Assembly (NCBI GenBank): GCA_046727955.1
Contig: JBKPDO010000170.1
Coordinates: 3,230-67,229 of the forward strand
Reading direction: 5' to 3'
Source of the DNA: a bacterium
Lineage (GTDB): Bacteria; Actinomycetota; CALGFH01
Length of the DNA: 64,000 nucleotides
Part shown: positions 1 to 10,490 of the stretch, in pieces
Layout: every line of letters begins with the position of its first letter
How positions within the stretch are numbered: position 1 is the first letter of the stretch
The notes under the pieces: model-generated
Told to the model about the DNA's origin: nothing
The model's input: the letters and a program-made list of their open reading frames with translations, nothing else
The model's database searches: none
Translations under genes and position numbers: made by a program

Positions 1-272
1 GGGGTGCCGGTGCCGGTAACGACGTACCAGACGTTGGCGTCGCTACCAGCGCAGGTGGGATCGCCCGGTTCGGCAGTTGCTCCTCTTGTGTCATTGTATG
101 CCCGATAGGGGAAGTCTTCGTAGCGGATGTACGTCGCAAGCGCCTGCGAGTCGTTGAGGGGCGGAATCAATGCGAAAGTCGCCGCTGCTGCTGGCCCGAC
201 AGAGGCAGCGAGCATGGCTGTCGCAGCCGTGACAAGAACGATTAACCGGACGAACCAGCACCGCTGTCCCAT
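1..272 (-). CDS. Secreted protein, 5' part (runs off the window edge; absent from the ORF track)
   Basis: GAGGAG RBS then ATG at 272. Translation MGQRCWFVRLIVLVTAATAMLAASVGPAAAA (signal peptide) followed by PPLND...DTRGATAEPGDPTCAGSDANVWY, with no stop before base 1. Confidence 0.7.
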   Translation of the reverse strand, partial: MGQRCWFVRLIVLVTAATAMLAASVGPAAAATFALIPPLNDSQALATYIRYEDFPYRAYNDTRGATAEPGDPTCAGSDANVWYVVTGTGT

Positions 273-563
273 GACGGCTCCTCTTCCTCGATTGCGCTCG
301 ACGTCTTTGTCGCGCGCATCGCACCGCGGGTCTTCTGACTGAGCGCCTGGGACTGGCGTTCCGTTACACCTGCTGACAGTGAGGTGTTGATTGCGCCAGG
401 ACGCAAGCACGCCTGTCCCCTCACTGGAACCTCTTATTATTGCTGCGTTCGTTAAGTCCGGTGCAGAAAGACGGGTTCTGCTGCCCTCGTAACCCGGCGG
501 ATGGTGCTCTGACCAGCAACGATCTGAGGTAGAGCATGTGTACCGCTTTTGAGGAACGTAGCA

Positions 564-973
564 TTAGGCAGGGTCGGACGGCTGCAGAGCCGGAACGACG
601 TCGGTGTGCACGAAGTCGCGCCCCTTGAACAGCAGCGGCTCGCCCGTATCCTTGGCGAGCGCACAGGCGAAGCAGTCACCGAAGTCGAGCCCTGCGGGAT
701 GACCACTGCCCTTGCCGAAGTCGCGGTATGCGCGCGGGCGATCCGCGCCTGCTGCTCGGTCACCGGGGCGACCACGATCCTCGCCACGTCGACGAGCTGG
801 TCGAACTGGCGGCTGGCGACCGGGTCTCGGCTGCCATCGATGACCGCGGCCGCCTCCAGCCAGTTCGCCGCGGAGATCTGTCGCTCTGTCGCCTCCTCGA
901 TCGCACGCGCCATGACCGGAGCCTCGGTCTCGTCGCGCAGGATCGCGATCAGCGCCGACGTGTCCACGATCAC
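564..973 (-). pseudogene. vapC: VapC PIN-domain toxin with a frameshift near 731
   Basis: N-terminus [12 protein letters not shown] is in one frame and C-terminus [44 protein letters not shown] in another. A 1-nt loss at ARA/AYR joins them. Confidence 0.85.
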
Positions 974-993
974 CGCGGCAGCCCGTGCTCGCT
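970..993 (-). pseudogene. 3' remnant of a VapB antitoxin
   Basis: Codons EHGLPR* overlap the vapC GTG (GTGA), a typical actinobacterial VapB ending. No antitoxin-like sequence is recognisable upstream. Confidence 0.45.
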
Positions 994-1081
994 CCGTTCA
1001 GGCTCAGCGGCGACGGTGGTGGCGCACCAGTCGGGTCGGCGACCGCCGGCCCGGCGTCACCTTCGAGCACAGGGAGACCGC

Positions 1082-1684
1082 ATGTCCGTCCGGAACCTCC
1101 TCCGCCCACCCCGAGGCCGCGCCGGCCCGGTGACGTTGGTGGCCGTGCTGGCCGTCGTCGCGCTGCTGGTCGCTGGCTGTGGCGGCTCCAAGAGCGACTC
1201 GTCAGGTGTCGCCTCGGTGAGCGGCAGTGGCGGCCAGGCCAGCGCCACGACGGCCCCAAAGGCCAGCCAGGAGCAGCAGCTGCTCGACTTCACCAAGTGC
1301 ATGCGCGAGCACGGCGTCAACATGGCCGACCCGACCGTGGACGCCAAAGGCAACGTGCGGCTGCAGCCGCCCAGTGGCGGCGACCAGCCGAGCCAGGCCA
1401 CGCTCAATGCGGCCCGCAGCGCCTGCCAGAAGTACCTCCAAGGCGTCACGCAGGGCTTCACCGCGCAGAACCAGGCGCAGTTCCGCGACTCGCTGCTGAA
1501 GTACGCGCAGTGCATGCGCAAGAACGGCTACGACATGCCCGACCCGAACTTCTCCAGTGGCGCCAACCCGTTCGGCCGCTTCTTCGACGAGCGCACCCAG
1601 AACGACCCCACCTTCAAGAAGGCCAACGCAGCCTGCCAGCAGTACCTCTCCGGGTTGTTCGGCGGCGGAGGAGGAGGATCATGA
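1082..1684 (+). CDS. Secreted lipoprotein associated with an efflux/ABC operon
   Basis: Lipobox LLVAG-C; two repeats of xxKCMRxxGxxMxDP...AxxAC; stop overlaps the next ATG. Confidence 0.8.
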   Translation: MSVRNLLRPPRGRAGPVTLVAVLAVVALLVAGCGGSKSDSSGVASVSGSGGQASATTAPKASQEQQLLDFTKCMREHGVNMADPTVDAKGNVRLQPPSGGDQPSQATLNAARSACQKYLQGVTQGFTAQNQAQFRDSLLKYAQCMRKNGYDMPDPNFSSGANPFGRFFDERTQNDPTFKKANAACQQYLSGLFGGGGGGS

Positions 1685-2943
1685 GCCGTCACCGTGAGCC
1701 CCGTCCGGGTGAGCTGGCCGTGGGGTCCGAGGACGCCGCTCCGGTCCCTTCGTCGGACGGCGAGCAGGCGCCGGTCACAGCGCCGGAGCGGGCGGCCCCG
1801 CCGGCAGGGCCGCCGGCGGGCTCGGCTGACCTGCCCGCACCCCGCCCGCGGCGTCGCCGGGCCCTTGTGGCCGGTGTGCTAGTGCTGGTGCTGGGCGGGG
1901 CCGGGGTCGGGGGCTACGCCCTGGTGGTCGACCGGTCGTCGGGCTCCAGCGCCGCCAGCGCCGCCAAGGCCGTCACTACGGCCGCGGTCAGCCGCGCGAA
2001 CCTCGTCGACACCGAGCAGGACGACGGCTCGCTGGGCTACGACGACCAGCGGACGCTCCGCTCTGGCGTGCGCGGCGTGCTGACCGCCCTGCCCGACGAG
2101 AGCGCCACCATCCGCCGGGGCCAGACCCTGTACCAGGTGGACGACACGCCGGTGACGCTGGTGTACGGCACGTTGCCGCTGTACCGCCCGCTCGCGGCCG
2201 GGGTCGACGACGGCCCCGACGTCAAGCAGCTCGAGGAGAACCTGGACGCGCTCGGCTACGGCGACAACCTCACCGTCGACGACCACTTTTCGTCTGAGAC
2301 CACCGACGCGGTGAAGACGTGGCAGGCCGACCGCGGCCTCGAGCAGACCGGCAGGGTCGACGCCACCCAGGTCGTGTTCGTGGGCTACGCGGTGCGCGTC
2401 GGCAAGCACCAGGCGGGCGTCGGCGACCAGGTCAACCCGGGGGCGCCGGTGACCGCCATCTCGTCCACCACCCGTGTGGCCACCGTGGACCTTGCGGAGG
2501 AGGTCCAGGTCAGCCAGCCCTCTGACGCGCTGACCGCCCGCGCGGCCGCCAAGCGCGCGTTCAACTCGCTGCTGTTGGGCCTGGGCGCGGTCGCGCTGCT
2601 GGTCGGCGGGGTCGGCATCGCCAACGTCATGGTCATCTCGGTGCTCGAGCGGCGCAGCGAGATCGGCCTGCGCCGCGCCCTCGGCGCGACCAAGGCGCAC
2701 GTCCGCACCCAGTTCCTCACCGAGTCGCTGCTGCTGGCGGTGCTTGGCGGCATCGGCGGGGTCGCGATCGGCGCCGCGGTGACCACCGGGTACGCCGCCA
2801 GCCGCGGCTGGCAGGTCGTCATCCCCGCCAGCTCGGTCGCCGCCGGCCTGGGTGCCGCGCTGGGGATCGGCGCGGTCGCCGGGCTGGACCCGGCCGTGCG
2901 CGCCGCCCGCCTGGCGCCCACCCAGGCGCTGCGGTCGGTCTAG
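1681..2943 (+). CDS. Chimera: peptidoglycan-binding efflux adaptor N-terminus fused to a MacB/FtsX permease C-terminus (deletion product)
   Basis: PG-binding motif GPDVKQLEENLDALGY...TTDAVKTWQ, then abruptly VGGVGIANVMVISVLERRSEIGLRRALGA (FtsX domain). Junction near 2495. Confidence 0.75.
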   Translation: MSRHREPRPGELAVGSEDAAPVPSSDGEQAPVTAPERAAPPAGPPAGSADLPAPRPRRRRALVAGVLVLVLGGAGVGGYALVVDRSSGSSAASAAKAVTTAAVSRANLVDTEQDDGSLGYDDQRTLRSGVRGVLTALPDESATIRRGQTLYQVDDTPVTLVYGTLPLYRPLAAGVDDGPDVKQLEENLDALGYGDNLTVDDHFSSETTDAVKTWQADRGLEQTGRVDATQVVFVGYAVRVGKHQAGVGDQVNPGAPVTAISSTTRVATVDLAEEVQVSQPSDALTARAAAKRAFNSLLLGLGAVALLVGGVGIANVMVISVLERRSEIGLRRALGATKAHVRTQFLTESLLLAVLGGIGGVAIGAAVTTGYAASRGWQVVIPASSVAAGLGAALGIGAVAGLDPAVRAARLAPTQALRSV

Positions 2944-3147
2944 CGCCGGGGGAGGAGGCTGCAGGTGAGTGTGAGCCTGGTCATTGCGGCCGCCGCGCTC
3001 GCCGGTGAGCTGCTGCTGCCGCGCCGGTCGGACGACTGACGCGATCCTCGGGATCCTCGGGGCGGCTCTGGCGAGGTCCGCGCGGCCAGGCAACACTGGA
3101 AGTGGTCGCGCTATCCAGCGCGCTATCCGGCAGGCGAGGAGCAGGCA

Positions 3148-5238
3148 TTGGCGATAGGTGGAGGGTTCGGCGTGGGACGCCGGGCAGGCGTGCAGGAACC
3201 GACCGACCGGAGCCTGCGGGCGACGGTCAGCGATCGTCGCCTGCTGCGCCGCGCCGCCCGCCTGTTCCGTCCCTACCGGCGGCAGGTGCTGATCGTCACG
3301 CTGGCGATCCTGCTGACCGCCGGCCTCGGCGTGGCCAGCCCGCTGCTGGTCAAGGTGGTCTTCGACCGGGCGCTGTTCGTCCCTGGCGGGCCCAGGATCG
3401 GACTGCTGGCCGCGCTGGTCGGCTCCATGATTGCTATCCCGGTGGTCTCCAGCCTGGTCGGCGTGTACCAGACGTACCTCACCAACTCGGTCGGCCAGCG
3501 GGTCATGCGTGACCTGCGCGCGACCCTCTACACCCACCTGCAGAGCATGTCGCTGCGGTTCTTCACCGGGACGCGCACCGGCGAGATCCAGTCGCGCCTG
3601 GCCAACGACGTCGGCGGCCTGCAGACCGTGATCACCGACACCGCCTCCAACGTGCTCTCCAACGTGGTGATCCTGCTCTCCACGCTGGTGGCGATGGTGG
3701 TGCTGAGCTGGCAGCTGACCGTGCTGTCGCTGTTCCTGCTGCCGCTGTTCGCCTACCTGACCCGCAGGGTGGGCCAGGCGCGCCGGCAGGTGACCGCGCA
3801 GACGCAGGGGGCGCTGGCCGAGATGAGCGCGATCACCGAGGAGACGCTGTCGGTCTCCGGCGTGCTGCTCGCCAAGGTGTTCGGCCGCCAGCGGGCCGAG
3901 ACCGAGCGCTACGCCGACCAGAACGAGCGCCTCGCCACGCTGCAGGTGCGCCAGCAGATGATCGGCCGCTCGTTCTTCGCGCTGGTGTCCACGTTCTTCT
4001 CCATCACGCCGGCGCTGGTCTACCTGGTCGCCGGGCTCACCTACCGCAACGGCGGCCAGCTCAGCCCCGGCACGCTGGTGGCGTTCACCACCCTGCAGGC
4101 GCGGCTGTTCTTCCCCATCGGGCAGGTGCTGCAGATCTCCACCGAGGTGACCAGCTCGCTAGCGCTGTTCGCGCGCATCTTCGACTACCTCGACCTGCAC
4201 CCCGACATCGTCGACCGGCCGGACGCGCGCGCTGTGCCCCCGTCACGGGTGCATGGCGAGGTCAGGCTCGACCACGTCTGGTTCGCCTACGAGCCCGGCG
4301 CGGCCGGAGACGGCGACAGGGCCGCCGCAGGCACAGGGCTGGCCGAGGACGGCGACAGGGCCGCCGCAGGCACAGGGCTGGCCGAGGACGGGAACGGGGC
4401 CGCCGCAGGCACGGTGCCCGCCGGGGACGGCGACGGGACCGCGGCCAGGGACGGCTCGCGGCGGTGGGCGCTGCGGGACGTGGACCTGCGGGTGGAGCCA
4501 GGCACGCTGGCGGCGATCGTGGGCCCGAGCGGGGCCGGCAAGACGACGATCTCCTACCTGATACCGCGGCTGTACGACACCACCCGCGGCCGGGTGCTGC
4601 TGGACGACAACGACGTGCGCGAGCTCACCCTCGCCAGCCTGGCCGACGCGATCGGCATGGTCACTCAGGAGACCTATCTCTTCCACGCCTCTGTGCGGCA
4701 AAACCTCGCCTACGCGCGGCCCGGTGCCAGCGACGACGAGCTCGTGGCGGCGGCGCGGGCGGCCTACATCCACGAGCGGATCATGGAGCTGGACGACGGC
4801 TACGACACGGTCGTCGGCGAGCGCGGCTATCGCCTGTCCGGCGGAGAGAAGCAGCGCCTGGCCATCGCGCGGGTGGTCCTCAAGGACCCGCGCGTGCTGA
4901 TCCTGGACGAGGCCACCAGCGCGCTGGACACCGCCAGCGAGCGCATCGTGCAGGCGGCCCTGCAGCCGCTCATGCATGGCCGGACCACCATCGCCATCGC
5001 CCACCGGCTGTCGACCATCCTGGCCGCGGACGTGATCTTCGTGCTGGACCGCGGGCGGCTGGTCGAGCGGGGCAGCCATGCCGAATTGGTGCGCGGGAGT
5101 GGCCTGTACCGCAGCCTGTTCGACGAGCAGTTCGGCGGTGGGACCGTGGAGGCTCGCTGCGACGACGGTCTGGTCATGAGCAACGGCCAGGTCATCCACT
5201 TGCCGGAGCGCGGGGCGGTCAGCCGGAGAGAACCGTGA
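3148..5238 (+). CDS. ABC transporter, fused permease/ATPase (MsbA-like exporter); start uncertain
   Basis: TM domain plus Walker A GPSGAGKTT, signature LSGGEKQR, Walker B ILDEATS and H-loop IAHRLST. Confidence 0.95.
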   Translation: MAIGGGFGVGRRAGVQEPTDRSLRATVSDRRLLRRAARLFRPYRRQVLIVTLAILLTAGLGVASPLLVKVVFDRALFVPGGPRIGLLAALVGSMIAIPVVSSLVGVYQTYLTNSVGQRVMRDLRATLYTHLQSMSLRFFTGTRTGEIQSRLANDVGGLQTVITDTASNVLSNVVILLSTLVAMVVLSWQLTVLSLFLLPLFAYLTRRVGQARRQVTAQTQGALAEMSAITEETLSVSGVLLAKVFGRQRAETERYADQNERLATLQVRQQMIGRSFFALVSTFFSITPALVYLVAGLTYRNGGQLSPGTLVAFTTLQARLFFPIGQVLQISTEVTSSLALFARIFDYLDLHPDIVDRPDARAVPPSRVHGEVRLDHVWFAYEPGAAGDGDRAAAGTGLAEDGDRAAAGTGLAEDGNGAAAGTVPAGDGDGTAARDGSRRWALRDVDLRVEPGTLAAIVGPSGAGKTTISYLIPRLYDTTRGRVLLDDNDVRELTLASLADAIGMVTQETYLFHASVRQNLAYARPGASDDELVAAARAAYIHERIMELDDGYDTVVGERGYRLSGGEKQRLAIARVVLKDPRVLILDEATSALDTASERIVQAALQPLMHGRTTIAIAHRLSTILAADVIFVLDRGRLVERGSHAELVRGSGLYRSLFDEQFGGGTVEARCDDGLVMSNGQVIHLPERGAVSRREP
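4309..4445 (+). repeat. 39-bp in-frame tandem repeat (about 3.5 copies) inside the ABC ATPase domain
   Basis: GACGGCGACAGGGCCGCCGCAGGCACAGGGCTGGCCGAG x2 exact plus diverged copies; encodes DGDRAAAGTGLAE. Confidence 0.9.
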
Positions 5239-8200
5239 CCGGCACGGCCTCGGTGTAGGCGACGCGGCCGAAGTACATCACCTTGACGAGGGCCCACCAG
5301 TGGCTGCCGGGCCGCGCGGTGGCCGGCGCCCGCACCGCGTACCGCAGCGTCGCCGGCGCCGCCGGCTGAACCGTGAAGCCTCGCGTCCACGGGGTGATCG
5401 CCTCCCAGGTGCCGAACGGGCTGATGAGCTGGGCCTCCCCGCGGATCTCCGAGCGCGCCCGGTTCTCGAGCCAGACCAGGATCTCGCCGCCCTCGCCCGG
5501 GGCCAGGCTGATCGCGGAGGTCTCCAGCGCCACCGCGAGCGGCTCCGACCGCTCCGGATCCTTGCCGGCCTGGCCGACCGTGACCGTTGCCACGTCCTCG
5601 AGGGTCTGGCCAAGCTCGTCGCCGATCCGCGCGGCCAGGAAGTAGTGGCCAGGGGCCGCGCCCGGCCGCGCCCGCACGGCCACGTCGAAGGCGGCGTGCC
5701 CACCGGGCGCGAGCTCGTAGCTGAGGCTCTTGCGTGTCCCGGACTCCCCCGGGTCGGCGACCAGCTCGGGAGGGACCAGCAGCTCGACCGCGCCGGCGGC
5801 GGCCCTGACCCCCGCCGCCACCGTGACCCGAAGCGTCGCGGGCAGGACCAGCCTGGCCGGCGATACGTGCACGCTGACTGGCACGTAGCCGACTGGCGCC
5901 GCTCCCTTGTTGTGCAGCCAGTAGCGGCTGAATACGGGCTGCGCTGGCTCCGCGCCCGGGCCGAGCGGGCTCACGCCCGGGCCGCCAGGCACGGTCAGCG
6001 GCCGCGCCACGACAGTGACGGTGTCGGCCGGGCCGATCCCGAAGGCAATGCCGCCGGCGCCGTCCTCCTCCACGGCGGCTGCGCCTCGGCCCTCCTTTTC
6101 CAGCAGGTCGGTGATGGTGGCGCCGGCGAGGCCGGTGAAGCAGCGGACCCCCACCCGCGCTGGCCGGCCGGTCGACTCGTAGCAGCGGACGGTCAGGCCC
6201 GTCGTGGCCACGTCCACCTCACCGGAGCGGCCGGAGGCCAGCGGGTTGCCGCGCGGCTTGAAAGCCGTGAGCACGATCTCGGCCGGCTGCACCTCGAGCA
6301 GACTCGCGGAGGCCGGCAGCTCACCGGGGTGCACGCTGGCGACTCGAGCACGAAGGTCATGGTTATAGGCCTGACCGGCCGCCACGAACCCGGCCCGCCG
6401 CCAGTCGCCGGCCCCGGCCACCAGCGAGTAGTCGAACGTATGGCTCCAGTGCTGCCAGGCGAAGCTGGACCCGTCCGGCGCGGTGCGGCGCGGCGCGTCG
6501 AGCCACGTCCCCGACGGCCAGCCGCTGCAGGAGCGCATCAGCGAGATCGAGAGGGTCCCGTCCGCCTCGGCGACCGAGGACGGCGTGCCGCGGTTGAGCA
6601 GGGCAACCGAGTAGTCCTCGAGCGGCGCGGAGGTGCCATCCAGCCGCGACGGCTGGACGACCGGGCACAGCCACTCCGAGTCCACGGCGGCGAGCTCGCC
6701 GATCGCCGCGGCGAGCTCGTCCGCCGCCACGATCAGCACCGGCAGGTCGCGCGGTCCGCGCAGGTCGGCGCTCGGCACCCACGCCTGCTCGCGCGGCCTG
6801 GCCGCCGGCACCCAGACCCGGCTGCTACCGCGGCGTTCGAGCTGCTTGCGCAACTCCTCCGCGTACGCCGGGTCGGCGTCCTCCAGCACTTGCGCGACGA
6901 AGGCGTTGCGCTCAGGGCCGCCAAGGGCGATCCGCACGTCCGGCAGGTTGGAGTCCAGGTCGAGCGATCCGTACCGCGGCCCCTCTGGCCGCGTGCAGGT
7001 GGCAGTCACGCCTCTGCCGGCCAGCCGGGCGACGAGGTCGCGCACGGCCTCGTGGGCGCCCTCGGGCGCCACCACCTCCGCAACACCGACCGCCAGCACG
7101 CTCCGCGGCGGCGCACCGGACTCGTCGACCAGTGCGACGCGGGCGGTCGAGCCCAGCCCGAACCAGCTCGAGGCGGGATTGTCCAGCGTCCAGGGGTGCT
7201 CGGCGGCGTCGGAGCCAGGGAAGCCGAACGGCCGCCCGACCACGGCATTGCCCACCTCGTAGACGGGCAGGGCCCCCGCGACGTCGAGCGGGAAGCGGAC
7301 CCGCAGGAGCCGGTCCCGGCCGATCGAGCCGTCCACGTGAGTGCGGAAGTCGATGCGCTCCACGCCGTCCCAGAGCAGCACCTCCTGGCTGACCCGCAGC
7401 TCGTCGAGTATCCAGGTCGCCAGCAGCCGGCTGCCGATCGGGCAGCGCTCGACCCGCAGCGCCGACCGCACGCCCGCCGACCCGCGCCGCGGGCCCTTCG
7501 GCAGCAGGTGCCACGGGCCTTCCGACCACTTCGGGTGCGACTCGTACTCGTCGTAGACGACCAGCTCGTTGCCGGCCGCCCCTGAGCGCAGCAGCTCCTT
7601 GCCCGCGCGCTTGTCGAGGATGCTGGCGAGCACGCCGCCGCGCGCGGGGTCCGCCTCGACGCGGAACGCCTCGTTCTCGACCGTGGCTCCCGCCTCCACC
7701 GCCCAGCCGCCTTCAAGCGCGGACGGACCGGGCACGGCACGGTAGGTCCGATAGCCCAGCGCTGGCACCTCGCCCGCCAGGAACGTGAGGGTGACCTCGG
7801 CGAGCGAGCCGTCGGGGCGGTGGCGCGCGCCCTCCGCGAGCGACGGGACCACCGCTCCCTGGTCGTCCCGCAGCTCGATGCCGGCCGTCCCCGGCTCCGC
7901 GAAGCTGAGCCGGACGCTGGTGAGCCCGTCGCGCGGCCGCGAAAGCGCGTTCACCACGAGCACCGGCTGGCCCTGGCCCGCCGTGTCGACCCGCCCGGCG
8001 AGATGGTCGATCGCCGCGGCGCGGACCGCGTCGCCCAGCTCGTACGCCTCCCGCCAGCCGCCGAGCAGGTCGAGGTAGACCTGGTCGGACTCGGTGCCGG
8101 TGATGGCGTCGTGGTGCGCGTTGAACAGCAGCTGACGCCATGCCTTGTCGAGCGCCTCGGCGGGGAACCTGGCGCCGGCCAGGGCGGCCAGGGTGGCCAG

Positions 8201-9526
8201 GCGCTCACCCTCCAGGACGGCTACCTCCGCGGCTCGGTTCGCCTGCTTGGTGTCGACGTAGGAGACGTCCTTGCCGGTGTAGACCGGGTTCATGTCGCGC
8301 GACTGCGGCGTGAGCCTGATGCCGCGCTCGGCCGCCTGCAGGCGCACCGCGGCGAAGAACTCGCCTGGCAGGCCGACCTGGAACCGCGGCCACAGGTAGC
8401 GCTCGTTCCAGTCGCGGTGGATCTCGGTGCACCAGCGGGACGGGATCGCATGGTCGTAGCCGACCGGGAGCATGGTGACGCGGGTGGCGGCCACCGCCTT
8501 GAGGTCGCGGAACAGGCGATAGGCCTCCGCCTCGGCCTCCTCCAGGGTGGCGAGGCTCTCCATGCTCCAGCCGGCGGTGTAGTGGTTGGGCATGTAGCTG
8601 GTGAGCAGCCCGCGGCCGCTGGGCGAGATCCACTCGAACTCGCTCGGGAACTGCATGCGTCGGTTGTCCCCCACGCTGACCTTGGGGCCCCACTGGTGGA
8701 ACGGGCCCCGCGCCCAGGCGCTCGAGGTGAGCCCGGCGTCGGCCATGAGCCCCGGGTAGGAGGGGTCGTGGCCGAACACGTCCAGCATCCACGCGGACCG
8801 CGGGTCGCCCCCGACCACGCCGCGCTGGAAGCCGATCCCGTAGACCGCGCTGCGGATGGTGCTCTCGGTGCTGGTGAGATTGGTGTTGGGCTCGTTGTAG
8901 TTGCCACCGACGATCTCGACGCGGCCCTCGGCGATGAAGCGGCGGAGGTCCGCCCGGTCCTCCGGGAAGGCGTCCCAGTGCGGCTTGAGGTAGTCGACCT
9001 CGGCGAGCACGAACTTGTAGTCGGGGTCGCGCCTGGCCGCGTTCAAGTGGGCGCGCACAAGGTCGAACGCGGTCCGGACCTCTGGGTACCGGACGCGCTC
9101 CGCCGCGGGGATGTCGTACCAGGCCTCGGTGAACGCCCCCTGCGTGTTCCACCACACCGGGTCGTAGTGGAAGTGGGACACCATCAGCATCGTCCAGCCG
9201 GGGGCGACCACCTCGATCTCGGCCGGCGCGCTGTAGCGGGACCGCTCGCTCTCGGCGATCACGGTGACCTGCCTGGAGGTGCCCTCCGCGTAGGCCGGGT
9301 CCACCGCCACCGGCACCTCCACGACGCGCTCCGCACCTGGCTCCAGGTCGCCGACCCGTACAGGCTCTGGAGTCCGCACGCCAGCGCCCTCGACCCGCAC
9401 CGTCACCGGCAAAGGCTCCCGCACCATGCCGGCGCCCTGGTTGACCAGGGTCACGCGCGCCACCTGCAGGGGCTCGCGCTCGCCGCCCACGAAGAGGTCC
9501 GTCCAGGCCACGTCGCCGACCTGCAT
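5219..9526 (-). CDS. Glycoside hydrolase family 38 alpha-mannosidase with C-terminal NEW3-like domain
   Basis: SHFHYDPVWW, WMLDVFGH and FNAHHDAITGT motifs; 1435 aa. Confidence 0.9.
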   Translation of the reverse strand: MQVGDVAWTDLFVGGEREPLQVARVTLVNQGAGMVREPLPVTVRVEGAGVRTPEPVRVGDLEPGAERVVEVPVAVDPAYAEGTSRQVTVIAESERSRYSAPAEIEVVAPGWTMLMVSHFHYDPVWWNTQGAFTEAWYDIPAAERVRYPEVRTAFDLVRAHLNAARRDPDYKFVLAEVDYLKPHWDAFPEDRADLRRFIAEGRVEIVGGNYNEPNTNLTSTESTIRSAVYGIGFQRGVVGGDPRSAWMLDVFGHDPSYPGLMADAGLTSSAWARGPFHQWGPKVSVGDNRRMQFPSEFEWISPSGRGLLTSYMPNHYTAGWSMESLATLEEAEAEAYRLFRDLKAVAATRVTMLPVGYDHAIPSRWCTEIHRDWNERYLWPRFQVGLPGEFFAAVRLQAAERGIRLTPQSRDMNPVYTGKDVSYVDTKQANRAAEVAVLEGERLATLAALAGARFPAEALDKAWRQLLFNAHHDAITGTESDQVYLDLLGGWREAYELGDAVRAAAIDHLAGRVDTAGQGQPVLVVNALSRPRDGLTSVRLSFAEPGTAGIELRDDQGAVVPSLAEGARHRPDGSLAEVTLTFLAGEVPALGYRTYRAVPGPSALEGGWAVEAGATVENEAFRVEADPARGGVLASILDKRAGKELLRSGAAGNELVVYDEYESHPKWSEGPWHLLPKGPRRGSAGVRSALRVERCPIGSRLLATWILDELRVSQEVLLWDGVERIDFRTHVDGSIGRDRLLRVRFPLDVAGALPVYEVGNAVVGRPFGFPGSDAAEHPWTLDNPASSWFGLGSTARVALVDESGAPPRSVLAVGVAEVVAPEGAHEAVRDLVARLAGRGVTATCTRPEGPRYGSLDLDSNLPDVRIALGGPERNAFVAQVLEDADPAYAEELRKQLERRGSSRVWVPAARPREQAWVPSADLRGPRDLPVLIVAADELAAAIGELAAVDSEWLCPVVQPSRLDGTSAPLEDYSVALLNRGTPSSVAEADGTLSISLMRSCSGWPSGTWLDAPRRTAPDGSSFAWQHWSHTFDYSLVAGAGDWRRAGFVAAGQAYNHDLRARVASVHPGELPASASLLEVQPAEIVLTAFKPRGNPLASGRSGEVDVATTGLTVRCYESTGRPARVGVRCFTGLAGATITDLLEKEGRGAAAVEEDGAGGIAFGIGPADTVTVVARPLTVPGGPGVSPLGPGAEPAQPVFSRYWLHNKGAAPVGYVPVSVHVSPARLVLPATLRVTVAAGVRAAAGAVELLVPPELVADPGESGTRKSLSYELAPGGHAAFDVAVRARPGAAPGHYFLAARIGDELGQTLEDVATVTVGQAGKDPERSEPLAVALETSAISLAPGEGGEILVWLENRARSEIRGEAQLISPFGTWEAITPWTRGFTVQPAAPATLRYAVRAPATARPGSHWWALVKVMYFGRVAYTEAVPVTVLSG

Positions 9527-9614
9527 CCTCTATCTCCTTTGCGTGACCCTCCTCCGGCTCCGGGTCACCAGTACCATACCCAGTTGTCCGTATCGCCTGG
9601 AGGGAGTCTCACCA

Positions 9615-10490
9615 ATGCAGCGACGAAGGCTCGGACGGCTCGGTCACATGAGCTCTGTGCTCATCTACGGCGCCGCCGCGCTCAGCGAGGTCGATCAGGA
9701 CGTCGCCGACCGCGCGGTGCAGCTGGCGCTGGACGCCGGCATCAACCATTTCGACGTCGCACCCAGCTACGGCGACGCCGAGCTGCGGCTCGGCCCGTGG
9801 ATGCCACGGATCCAGGACCGCATCTTCCTGGCGACCAAGACAGAGCAGCGGGACTACCAGCGCTCCTGGCGACAGATCAACGACAGCCTGGAGCGGCTGC
9901 AGACCAGCCACATCGACCTTATCCAGCTCCACGCGGTCGGGGACCTCGCCGAGCTCGACCTGGTAACGGGCAGCGGCGGCTCGCTCCAGGCGGCGATCCG
10001 GGCAAGGGACGAGGGCATGGCGCGCGCGATCGGCATCACCGGGCACGGACAGGCGGCGCCGGCGACGCACCGCGAGGCCCTGCGGCGGTTCCCGTTCGAC
10101 ACGGTGCTGACCCCGCTGAACTACGTGCTGAGCCGGGACCCCACCTACCTGCGCGATTACCAGGCGCTGGTGTCGGAGGCACAGGCGCAGGACGTGGGCC
10201 TGATGATCATCAAGGCGGCGTCGCGCCGCAATTGGCCGGAGCCGGGCGCCGAGCAGCGCTACAGCACCTGGTACGAGCCCTTCGACGACCAAGAGCTGGT
10301 CACCGCCGCGGTCGTCTGGGTGCTGTCCCACGAGGAGGCCACCGGGATCGCCACACCGGGCGACGTCGAGCTCCTGCCGCTCGTCATCGAGGGAGAGCGG
10401 CAGCTCGGCGAGATGGATCCCGCGGACGCCGAGAAGGTCCTCTCGCGAGCGGCGGATTACAGCTCGCCATTCATCAACATACCGTTCTGA
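9615..10490 (+). CDS. Aldo/keto reductase
   Basis: GINHFDVAPSYG, LATKT, SLERLQTSHIDLIQLH and IGITGH motifs; GGAG RBS before ATG 9615. Confidence 0.92.
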   Translation: MQRRRLGRLGHMSSVLIYGAAALSEVDQDVADRAVQLALDAGINHFDVAPSYGDAELRLGPWMPRIQDRIFLATKTEQRDYQRSWRQINDSLERLQTSHIDLIQLHAVGDLAELDLVTGSGGSLQAAIRARDEGMARAIGITGHGQAAPATHREALRRFPFDTVLTPLNYVLSRDPTYLRDYQALVSEAQAQDVGLMIIKAASRRNWPEPGAEQRYSTWYEPFDDQELVTAAVVWVLSHEEATGIATPGDVELLPLVIEGERQLGEMDPADAEKVLSRAADYSSPFINIPF

